Of a DNA stretch of 64,000 nucleotides, positions 1-9,100 are shown piece by piece (position 1 is the first letter of the stretch; each line of letters opens with the position of its first letter). The position numbers were made by a program, and so were the translations under genes. Source of the DNA: a virus (Duplodnaviria > Caudoviricetes); IMG/VR virus record IMGVR_UViG_3300037475_000162, positions 888-64,887 of that record; one strand, written 5' to 3'. Below the pieces are notes generated by a model. It had not been told where the DNA came from. It searched no databases and saw only the letters and a list, made by a program, of their open reading frames with translations.

Positions 1-123
1 GCCAGTTTCCGCGGCAACTGCCCGCCGTCGCGCGAGTTGTCCCTTGCCCTGACGAAGGTGGAAGAGGCGCTCTTCTGGGCCAACGCCGCCATCGCCCGCA
101 ACGAAAAGGACCCCCGACCATGA
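1..123 (+). CDS. Partial (5'-truncated) Acb2/Tad1-hairpin-like protein, candidate cyclic-nucleotide sponge
   Basis: Frame +1 reads ASFRGNCPPSRELSLALTKVEEALFWANAAIARNEKDPRP*; resembles the Tad1-type SRExxxALTxxEEAxxW helix. Confidence 0.65.
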   Translation, partial: ASFRGNCPPSRELSLALTKVEEALFWANAAIARNEKDPRP

Positions 124-623
124 AGTCTCTCGCAATCTTCCTGCTCGCTCTGCCCGCTCTGGGACTCATCAGCCCCACTGCGGAGGCCGGCAAGTTCGCC
201 AGGGGCGGTAAGGCCAGGGCCGTCAAGGCTGCCAAGGCAGCCGCGGCGAAGGTCGCTCCCGCGACCCGCAGCACTCGCAGCGCCTCCCACCGCGGCAACT
301 TCCGCCACGGCTACTATCGCGACGGCCGCTTCCACGGTTACGGATCGGCCGGCTACGTCGCGCCGGCCGTCGCCGACCCCGGCGTTGTCGTGGTCCCTGC
401 GCCCGCTCCTGTCCCCGTCGCCGACCCCGGGCTCACCGCTCGCATCGCTCGCATCGAGGCCGCCCTGGCCGCGCCGCCCGCATACGCACCCGCGCCGGCC
501 TACGCGCCGCCGCTGTACTACAGCGCGCTGGTTTACAGCTACAGCTACCCGGCCTATTTCTCCGGCGGGTATTACGGCGGATACCGTGACGGCCGCGGAA
601 GTTGCCGCGGCCGTCATCGCTGA
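120..623 (+). CDS. Exported low-complexity (Ala/Pro/Tyr/Gly-rich) protein
   Basis: Signal peptide MKSLAIFLLALPALGLISPTAEA; ATGA overlap with the upstream gene. Confidence 0.7.
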   Translation: MKSLAIFLLALPALGLISPTAEAGKFARGGKARAVKAAKAAAAKVAPATRSTRSASHRGNFRHGYYRDGRFHGYGSAGYVAPAVADPGVVVVPAPAPVPVADPGLTARIARIEAALAAPPAYAPAPAYAPPLYYSALVYSYSYPAYFSGGYYGGYRDGRGSCRGRHR

Positions 624-711
624 CCACCCGGGCCGCGCCGGGATGTGCGCGATACTCGCGCGGACTACCCCGGCGCCGGCCTGGACCATCTCGACCACTG
701 AGGGACCGACC

Positions 712-1293
712 ATGCATGACTCGCTGTGGATCGCCCTGCTTGCGAAACTCGCCTGGCTCTGCCAGCACATCGGCCTGGATCTGACCGCCGGCCTGGCGCT
801 GGTGAGCGCCGCGACCGGATCGCTGACCGGCTGGGCAGTCCGCCGCACCGTGCCACCCATCGGCCGGCTGGCCTGGCGCGGCGTCAGCGGAGCCTGCCGC
901 TGGGCGTTTAGCACGCCCGAACTGTCGCCGGTCGCTGCGGGCGTCCTGAAGGCGCTGGAAGTCGGTCCGGTGCGATTGAACATGGGCGGCATCGACGCGC
1001 CGCGCATCCGGGCCGCATGGGGCAACACCGGCAACAAGCCCGCGAAGCGGCTGATGTCCTTGTGGCTGTTGCAGCCCGGCGCTTCCGCCCGGTGCATCCT
1101 GCCGCTGCTGGCTCGCCGCGAGCGCCGCCTGATCGAGGCGAAGGCCTACGAGATCGGCCGGCAGCTCCAGAGCGAGGCCGACGAGTACGCGAAGACCGAA
1201 GCGGCCGAGGCGCTGGACCCGCCGGCATGCACGATGACGGACGGCCTGACCGGCGACGCTGGCAAGTACGTCAACGGCCGCCGCGTCGGCTGA
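712..1293 (+). CDS. Hypothetical membrane protein
   Basis: ATG at 712 after GAGGGA; hydrophobic N-terminus. Confidence 0.55.
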   Translation: MHDSLWIALLAKLAWLCQHIGLDLTAGLALVSAATGSLTGWAVRRTVPPIGRLAWRGVSGACRWAFSTPELSPVAAGVLKALEVGPVRLNMGGIDAPRIRAAWGNTGNKPAKRLMSLWLLQPGASARCILPLLARRERRLIEAKAYEIGRQLQSEADEYAKTEAAEALDPPACTMTDGLTGDAGKYVNGRRVG

Positions 1294-1464
1294 GACCACG
1301 AGGGAACGGGTCCGCCAGCGCCGGCGTCGGGGAGAGGCCGCGGCGTCTGGCGGGCCTTCGATGGCGCGAGGAAGAGCGATGCTCTGGCTGTCGCTGACGG
1401 GGCTGTACCTGCTGGTGCTGATCGGCGTCGCGGTGTGGCCGCGGAGGCCGCGGAGGCGAGACTG

Positions 1465-1821
1465 ATGCCGGGCGGGTTCTTCAGGCGGCTGTTCGGCGCT
1501 CCGGAAGCGGAACCCGTTCACGGGCCGATCGGGCACGACCCGCGCTATCACACCGTTTCGCCCGAGCGGTTCTTCGCCGACCCGGCCATGTGGGAAGCCG
1601 CCCCCTCCACGTCGCACCTGCACTCGTGGGCCTACTATGCCCAGGGCGGCGAGAGCGAGTTGCGGGTGCGGTTCAAGGACAAGCATTCGGGAGGCGTGTC
1701 GGCAGAGTATTTCTACCGCCGCGTGCCGCAGGCGGTGTTCGACGGCTTCCGCAAGGCGGCGCATCCGGGGCAGTTCGGGCATCGCTACATCTGGTACGCC
1801 TACGAGACGGGCGACGTGTGA
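1465..1821 (+). CDS. KTSC-domain protein
   Basis: STSHLHSWAY...LRVRF...EYFYRRVPQAVFDGFRKAAHPGQF...YI fits the KTSC pattern. Confidence 0.7.
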   Translation: MPGGFFRRLFGAPEAEPVHGPIGHDPRYHTVSPERFFADPAMWEAAPSTSHLHSWAYYAQGGESELRVRFKDKHSGGVSAEYFYRRVPQAVFDGFRKAAHPGQFGHRYIWYAYETGDV

Positions 1822-1824
1822 AAT

Positions 1825-2388
1825 ATGGCCGACAAGGGCAAGCTGCCGCCGCTGCAAGAGCGGTTCTGCGAGGAATGGCTCAAGGACCCTTGCGGCGCCC
1901 GCGCTTACATGGCGGCCGGTTACAAGGCGAAGAACGCCGACGTTGCCAATGCCGCCGCCGCCCGCCTGTTAGGGAATGTTAGGGTTCAGGAGCGCATCGC
2001 CGAGCTGCAAGCCGAGCGCAAGAAGCGCGTCGAGATCAAGGCCGACGACGTCCTCCGCGAGCTGCTGCTCATTGCGACATCGGACATCGGGCAGGTACTC
2101 GACTTCACCAGGGGCGATCCGACGCTGCGGCCCGCGAACGAGATTCCGGAGAACGCCCGCCGGGCGCTTGCCTCGGTCAAGGTGAAGCGGACGGTGGAAG
2201 GATCGGGCGAGAACGCCCGCAACGTGGAGATCACGGAGTTTCGCTTCTGGGACAAGCTCGGGGCGCTGGACCGCCTGGCGAAGCATCTGGACCTGCTCAA
2301 GGATCGCGTGGAAGTGACGGGCAAGGACGGCGAGGCGATTGCATTTATCGAGGTGCGCCATCGCGACAGCAGCGGCGAGCCTGGTTGA
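1825..2388 (+). CDS. terS: Terminase small subunit
   Basis: QERFCEEWL...AYMAAGY...AARLL...VQERI and DKLGALDRLAKHL; lies directly before terL. Confidence 0.9.
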   Translation: MADKGKLPPLQERFCEEWLKDPCGARAYMAAGYKAKNADVANAAAARLLGNVRVQERIAELQAERKKRVEIKADDVLRELLLIATSDIGQVLDFTRGDPTLRPANEIPENARRALASVKVKRTVEGSGENARNVEITEFRFWDKLGALDRLAKHLDLLKDRVEVTGKDGEAIAFIEVRHRDSSGEPG

Positions 2389-3820
2389 GGAAGGCGAGCG
2401 CGGCGGCAAGCGCTTCCTCGCCTACAACTTCCATCCCGGGCAATCCCGCGCGTGGGCGTCGAAGAAGCGCATCGTCGCCGTCATCGCCGGAGCCCGAAGC
2501 GGCAAGACCAGCTTCGGGCCGCTGTGGCTTCACCGCGAGATGCGGTCGCAGAGGCCGCGCGACGCCATCGTGGCCGCACCGAGTTTCAAGCTGCTCGACA
2601 AGGCGGCCGTGCCGGAGACCGAACAGTTCTTCGCCCGCATGCTTCGCCTGGGAACGCTGAATCGCCAGCCGCTGGAGTTCCGCTTTTCCGACGAGGGGTG
2701 CAGGCGGATGTGGCGGTGCGTCCCGGACCGCCGGCCGCGCATCCTGTTCGGCCACGCCGACGATCCCGATTCGCTGGAAGCGATGACGGCCGGCGCCGGT
2801 TGGCTTGACGAGTGCGGCCAGAACCGCTTCAAGCTCGGCTCGTGGGAAGCCGTGCAGCGCCGCCTCAGCATCGACCAGGGCCGCGTCTTGCTGACCACGA
2901 CACCCTACAACCTGGGATGGCTGAAGCAGCTCATTTACGACAAGTGGGAGGAGGAGAAGAGGAATCACCCGGAGATCGACCTGATCCGCTTCGATTCAAC
3001 GCTGAACCCGGCGTTCCCGCCTGACGAGTGGGAGCGGGCGCGGCGCGACTTGCCGCGGTGGAAGTTCGACATGTTTTACCGGGGGATCTTCACCCGGCCG
3101 CCGGGGCTGATTTACGACAGCTTCGACAGCAAGGACCACGTTCGTCCGCCGTTCAAGATCGAGGACGCCTGGGAGCGTTTCGTCGGCATCGACTTCGGCG
3201 GGGTCAACACGGCTGCGACGTTTTTTGCCGCGGAGCAGGACCGGCGGGGCGCGCCGACCGGCCGGCTGATCTGCTACCGGGAGTACCACCCGGGCAAGAA
3301 ATCCCCTGCCGAGCACGTCAAGGCGATCCTCGAAGGCGAGCCGCGCATTCCGACGTGCGTGGGCGGCGCCGGCAGCGAGGACGACTGGCGGGACAGGTTT
3401 GCCGAAGCCGGACTGCCGATCCTGAAGCCAGAGGTGCGGGACGTCGAGGTCGGCATCGATGCGGTGTGGAGCTGCTTCAGCCGCGGCATGGTCAAGGTCT
3501 TCTCGACCCTGACGGGCCTGCTGGACGAACTGGCCAGCTACTCGCGCGTGCTCGACGATTCCGGCGAGCCAACGGAAAAGATCGACGCCAAGGATACTTA
3601 CCACCTCCTTGACAGCGCCAGATACATCCTCGGCTGGCTGCGCGGCGACGCCGAGGACACCGGTGATCTGACGCAGCCCGCCGCCGCCCGCTCGATGATG
3701 TCGCGTCTCGTCGAGGAGATCGAGCCCGGCACGTTTGCCGCGGACCGCGACGAGCCCGCTTCGGCCGGCGACATCGGCATGGGCCAGTGGGGCGATGCGG
3801 GAATAATGCCGTGGCGGTGA
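2339..3820 (+). CDS. terL: Terminase large subunit
   Basis: Walker A AGARSGKT, Walker B WLDE, LTTTP coupling motif, nuclease motifs GIDFG and HLLDSARY; exact start uncertain. Confidence 0.93.
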   Translation: MHLSRCAIATAAASLVEEGERGGKRFLAYNFHPGQSRAWASKKRIVAVIAGARSGKTSFGPLWLHREMRSQRPRDAIVAAPSFKLLDKAAVPETEQFFARMLRLGTLNRQPLEFRFSDEGCRRMWRCVPDRRPRILFGHADDPDSLEAMTAGAGWLDECGQNRFKLGSWEAVQRRLSIDQGRVLLTTTPYNLGWLKQLIYDKWEEEKRNHPEIDLIRFDSTLNPAFPPDEWERARRDLPRWKFDMFYRGIFTRPPGLIYDSFDSKDHVRPPFKIEDAWERFVGIDFGGVNTAATFFAAEQDRRGAPTGRLICYREYHPGKKSPAEHVKAILEGEPRIPTCVGGAGSEDDWRDRFAEAGLPILKPEVRDVEVGIDAVWSCFSRGMVKVFSTLTGLLDELASYSRVLDDSGEPTEKIDAKDTYHLLDSARYILGWLRGDAEDTGDLTQPAAARSMMSRLVEEIEPGTFAADRDEPASAGDIGMGQWGDAGIMPWR

Positions 3821-3830
3821 GGACCGACGC

Positions 3831-5351
3831 TTGATCGCGCAGACGCTATCCCTGATCGGCCGGGCCGCCAACAACGTGGCGAAGGCCCTGCTGCCGCCGC
3901 GGAACGAGTTGCCCGCCGGCGGCGACTACGGCGCCGGCCAGGCCCCCGGACCCAACAGGGGCGGCATTCCGGCCGAGCTGAAGCGCGAGGGCCTCCCCTG
4001 GCGCGGCCCGGAGATCGAGGCGCGCAGCGAGGTCGGCCGCGAGGTCGCCCAGGAGCGGCTGCGCAGCGGGCCGGCGGGGGTGGTGTACCCGTGGTTCACC
4101 AGCAACGCGATCAACGACGGCAGCCGCGAGACGCAGACGATGCGCGGCGACTACCGGATGATGGAGAGCGACCCCAACGTCAGCGCCGCCGTCAAGGGGC
4201 TGATTTTCTCGGTGGCGACCCAGGACCTGACCATCACGCCGGCGAAGCGCGGCGACCCGGCCAGCGAGATGCACGCGGAATTCATCCGCTGGAATGTGAC
4301 GAAGCGCCTCGCGGGCGGCAGTTTCGGGCTGATCTGGGACATGCTCTCGGGAGGATTGCGCGACGGCTACAGCCTGCTCTACAAGAGCTACGGCGTGCAG
4401 CGCGACGGCCTGTGGGGCAACCCGGCGAAGTGGCCGCTGCGGCAGGTCAAGGCCGTGGACGTCGGCAACGACGCAGTGCCGCAAACGGACAGCCACAGGA
4501 ATGTTGTCGGCGTTCTCGGGCTGAGGTACAATGCGGGAGTTGAACTGTCTCCTTCCGAGTTCATCTACTTCCGCCACTGCCCCTCGTACAACAACCCGCT
4601 CGGCGTCTCGGCCTTCCGCTGCGTGTGGAGGGCGTGGAAGTTTACGCAGGCGATCTGGCTGCTGCGCGGGATTGCCAGCGAGAAACGGACGACGCCGTTC
4701 ATTCACGGCTCTTACCGCACGTCGAGCCAGAAGGCGCAGCTCGAGGCGATGCTGGCGAAGGTGTCGTCGCAGAACTGGGCCAGCCTGCCCGAGGGCGTGC
4801 TGCTGAAGGCGCTCGACATCGCCCAGGGCAGCGAGGAGCATTACAAGAGCGTAATAGGCGACTTGCAGGAGCTCATCTATCTCGGCATCCAGCACGGAAC
4901 GCTTCAGGCGCTGACGGGCGGCGAGGGCGAGGAGCGCGGCAACAGCAAGGTCCACAAGTCGCAGACCGACCTCGTCCGGACGGCCCTCTCCAAGATGGTC
5001 GAGGCGTGCCTCAACGACTACGAGGCGGGCTGGATTCGCGAGTGCATCGATCTGAATTTCCCCGACGCGGACGATTACCCCGTCGCCACGCTGGGCAATC
5101 CCAGCGTGGAGGAGTTGATCCAGCTGATGCAGCTCTACAAGGGATTGCAGGAGCTGGGGCTGAAGCTCGGCAAGGATCGGACCTACGAACAGTTCGCGAT
5201 CCAGCCGCCGGAGAGCGACGACGACGTGCTGGAGCCTGCGGCGAAGGAGCAGACGCCTGTACCCGGACTGCCCGGTCCGGGAGCGCCGTCCGACGATGTG
5301 CAGCCGCCCGAACCCGAGCCGGTCGGGGGAGGGGTGAAGCATGCCGCATAG
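3831..5351 (+). CDS. Portal protein (Mu gp29/DUF935-like)
   Basis: Follows terL; 506 aa; YRMMESDPNVSAAV, NPLGVSAFR and SKVH motifs. Confidence 0.8.
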   Translation: MIAQTLSLIGRAANNVAKALLPPRNELPAGGDYGAGQAPGPNRGGIPAELKREGLPWRGPEIEARSEVGREVAQERLRSGPAGVVYPWFTSNAINDGSRETQTMRGDYRMMESDPNVSAAVKGLIFSVATQDLTITPAKRGDPASEMHAEFIRWNVTKRLAGGSFGLIWDMLSGGLRDGYSLLYKSYGVQRDGLWGNPAKWPLRQVKAVDVGNDAVPQTDSHRNVVGVLGLRYNAGVELSPSEFIYFRHCPSYNNPLGVSAFRCVWRAWKFTQAIWLLRGIASEKRTTPFIHGSYRTSSQKAQLEAMLAKVSSQNWASLPEGVLLKALDIAQGSEEHYKSVIGDLQELIYLGIQHGTLQALTGGEGEERGNSKVHKSQTDLVRTALSKMVEACLNDYEAGWIRECIDLNFPDADDYPVATLGNPSVEELIQLMQLYKGLQELGLKLGKDRTYEQFAIQPPESDDDVLEPAAKEQTPVPGLPGPGAPSDDVQPPEPEPVGGGVKHAA

Positions 5352-6198
5352 CAGCGTGTTCCCCCGGCTGACGGAGGCCTTGCGACCGCGGCTGTTCCCA
5401 CGGCTGGCGCACGCGCTGGAGCGATTCGCGGAGAAGGGCTGGGACGAGAAGAAGCATCCGCGCGGCCAGCCGGGCAACAAGGGAGAGTTCGGCCCGGGCG
5501 GCGCAGACAGCAGCAAGAAAGAGACGAAGCCGGGAGGCAAAGAGACGAAGCCGGCCGCGGGCAAGACGGAGAAACCGAAGCTGGCCGGCAAGCCGCAGAA
5601 GCCGCCGCCGCAAAAGCAGATGAGCGAGAAGGCGCTTCGTGCAAAGGCCGCTCACGTCATGGTGGACAGGGACATTCAGCGATACACGGAGGAGCATAAC
5701 GAGCCGCGTTTCGCAAAGGTGGTCGGCGGCGAGAGCCTCCCCGACAGCGAACCGTACGACGTCGGAACGGCTCGCGATCTGATCGAGCTGAAGACGCTGG
5801 TGAAGAACGGCAATGGCAAGCTCACGATGGACAAGTACGCCCAGGTGCGGAAGGTCGTCAAGGAAGAGGAAACCGGCAAGGTCTTCCACACGGTTGTCAG
5901 CGACGATCAGCAGGTGTTCAACAGCCTGGGCGAGGGGCGGCACGACGACAGCAAGCGAGTGTACTACTACCGCCGCGGCGTGGCCGGCAGCGCCCGTATA
6001 GCGGCCATGCTCAAAGTCGAGAGCGAGGCCGAGTTGAAGAAGCTGATGGCCATGCCGGAGGACCAACTTCCGCCAGCGGCGAAACGCACAGACGGCAAGC
6101 TGCGATCCGGCAAGTGGGAATTCGTGCAGACGGGAAATCGCGGCGCGGGGTATTACCGCAACAAGGACACCGGCGAGGAGGCGCATCCCAAGAAATGA
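5341..6198 (+). CDS. Head-associated basic protein with a putative PD-(D/E)xK nuclease-like domain
   Basis: N-terminal WDEKKHPRGQPGNKGEF motif; E...PYDV...LIELKT pattern; occupies the MuF slot between portal and protease. Confidence 0.55.
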   Translation: MPHSSVFPRLTEALRPRLFPRLAHALERFAEKGWDEKKHPRGQPGNKGEFGPGGADSSKKETKPGGKETKPAAGKTEKPKLAGKPQKPPPQKQMSEKALRAKAAHVMVDRDIQRYTEEHNEPRFAKVVGGESLPDSEPYDVGTARDLIELKTLVKNGNGKLTMDKYAQVRKVVKEEETGKVFHTVVSDDQQVFNSLGEGRHDDSKRVYYYRRGVAGSARIAAMLKVESEAELKKLMAMPEDQLPPAAKRTDGKLRSGKWEFVQTGNRGAGYYRNKDTGEEAHPKK

Positions 6199-9100
6199 GC
6201 GTCTACATCGCCACCTCCGAAGCGCCGCCCGCATTCGTCGCCAGCAACACCGGCTGGGGAGAGTTCTGCCGCTGGGCCGAGCATCTCGAAGGCGCGCCTG
6301 CGGCGGCGCACCTCGCGGCCTACGGATGGACGGACGACGTGGAGGAGTTGGCCGGCGAACTGCAAGACGCGACCGGTGCGGACGACGACGTCAAGGCTGT
6401 GGCGGCCACGCTTTGCGGTTTGCTCGACGGCGCCGAGACCGTGGTTGTCACGGACGGCGTGTCGCCCGGCGACGGCGGCAGCGACCCCGACAGCTTCGGC
6501 GAAGACCATCCGTCTCCTGACGACGCCCCGGATCTCGCCGAGTTTTACGCCTCCCTCTGCAACGACCTCGCCGCGGCCGGCGACGACCCCGGCGACGTCG
6601 CCGACGAGGCGAGCGAGGAGCTTGCCGCCGACGGCTGGAGCATCGTGGAGGACGGCGGGAAGTGGAAGGCGAGCCATGAGAGCGAGGCGGACGCCGACGA
6701 GGAAGCGGAAAAGTTCACCGAGCGGGCGCCGAAAGGCGGCGTGTCGATCGGGGGCAAGTTCTTCGCCGGCGGCAAATGGATTCCCAACAAGGATCTCGCC
6801 AACGCCTCCCCGGAAGACAAGGCGAAGCTCGCCGCCGCGAAGGCTGACTCCGACACGAAGGCCGCCGGCCGCAAGCAGGAGCGCGCCGGTCGCGGCAGCA
6901 TCGACGTCAGGGGCCTGCAAGACCGCCTGGCGAAGCACGCCGGCGCCCACACGCTGACAGGCAGGGAGCGGGGCGGGGCGGCTGCGATTGCCACGCTCTT
7001 GCACCGGCACCACGGCGAGCTGGCGCTGCACCGCGTCGAGGAACTGGCCGACCGCGTCGAGCGGACGCTGAAGACCATCGGCGACGACCACCCCAACAGC
7101 GAGGGGCTGCGGCAGCAGTTCGGGAAGAGGCTGGCGCAACTGCACGCGGCGGCGGAGCGGCTGGGCGCGAAGGGCGTCACTGGCAAGGTGGAGAAGCCGA
7201 AGCAGGCTGCTTCACCGCAGGCAAATAAATCCGCCAATCCGGCGGCCGACGCCGCGGCGCTGCACGGCGACGTCGCCCGGCGACTGATAGCGATGAACAA
7301 GATGCCGCCGGAAGAGGCGAAGGAAGCCTACGCCGCGCTGCACAAGGACGTGGTCGATCGATTGCGGGCGATGGACGTGGCGCACCAGCCCTTGAGCGGG
7401 CTTCGCGAGATTGCCAGGGCGGTGCCCGGGGCCAACCCGCGCGGCAGCGCCCACGACGTGGCTGACTCCATTGTGCGGACCATCCTCTCGCCCATGATGA
7501 TCAGCCTGGAGGGGCATGGCACGACGGGGGCGCAGTTCCCCGAGGACGTCTTCCCTTCGCGGCCGGAGAAGACGGACCGCCGCCAGGCGGCCGAGCAAGC
7601 GAAGGCCGACCGGCAGCAGGCCGGCCTGAAGCGGCAGGAGCAGGAGCGGCAGCAGCAGGCCGCCGCCGCCTCGCCGCAGGCAAAAACCGCCGCCGCCGCC
7701 GTCAAGGCCGTCCAGCATGGAGCGGCGAACGGAACGGGCAAGGCCGACCTCGACGCGAAGCTCGACGCGCTCGATCTGCCGTCCATGTCCCCGGCCGACC
7801 TACAAGGCGCGGCGCGCGTGCTGGGGGTGAACGCCTCTGGCGGCAAGGCCGAGCTGATCGGCCGAATTCGCCGATCGGTCCATGAGATACCCGAGATCCG
7901 CCTGGCCGGCGCAGGCAGCGTATCGCCCGCGCCCGCAGCGAAGCCCGAAGGCGAGGGCGCGGCATACCTCGCCGCGAAGCTCAAGGGCATGGGCGTTCCT
8001 GACGGTCCGCGCGCCCTTCCCGCCTCGCGGCCGGGCAAGACCCCGGCCGAGCATCAGGCGGCGGTGATGGAGTCGATCCGCCGGGCCGGGCTGAAGCCGG
8101 GCGGACTGCTGTCGCTGGCGAAACTGCACCTCGCCACGGGCTTGCCGCTGGCCGACATGCACGCCGCCGTCAACGACCTGCGCCGGCAGGGCAAGCTGAC
8201 GGGCACGCGGCACGAAAGCCGTGGCGGCCTGCCGCGGGACGTGGCCGCGGCGGCGCTGACGGACCCCGGCGGCGGGCAGATTCACCATGTGAGCGTGCGG
8301 GAGGAAGGCGGCGGGCATGGGCCGGCCAGGCACGCCGAACGCTTCCCCCGCCTTGCATCCGCCCTGCTGCGGTTCAGCGAGGGCGGCGGCAGCGACCTGC
8401 ACCGGATCAACGGCATCGAGTTGTTCGCCACGGGCAACCACCGCGGCGTGGACTACACCCTCGACGACCTGAAGGACATGGTGCGGAATTTCGAGGAGTA
8501 CAGCGCCCCGCGAGAGAACAGGGCGCCGCGGCAAGCGATGCCGTTTGTGATTGGCCACGGCGAGGACCAGTCCATCCTCGAGCGCAGCGACCTGCCCGCG
8601 GCGGGATGGTTCAAGCAGCTGGGAATTCGCCCGTCGCCGATCCCGGAAGACCCCGGCCGGTACGTCCTGGAGGGGGACGCGGCCGACGTGCCGGGCAAGG
8701 TGGCGCGGCTGATCAGGAGCCGCGCCTACCCGAAGGTCAGCCTGGAGATTTACCCTCCGGAACTGCACCCGTTCAAGGGACGGGGAATGATGGCGCGTCG
8801 CGCGGCCATGCTCGGCGGCGACGTGCCCCAGGTGAAGGACCTCGACGACATCCCGAGGCCCGAGCCGATGAGCGAGCCGGCGCGACGCTGGCCGACAATC
8901 TTACGATTCAGCGAGTCCGCCACGGTTCGCGGCTGTCTCGCCTTCTTTTCCGAGGTGATCGACATGGACCCCGAACAGTTGAAAAGCAAGCTGGTCGAGC
9001 AGCACGGCATGGATCCGGCGGCCGTCGAGAAGATGCACCCCGACGCGATGGCCGAGGTGTGTAGGAAAATGGACGAGAAGGACGCGAAGGCCGGCATGGA

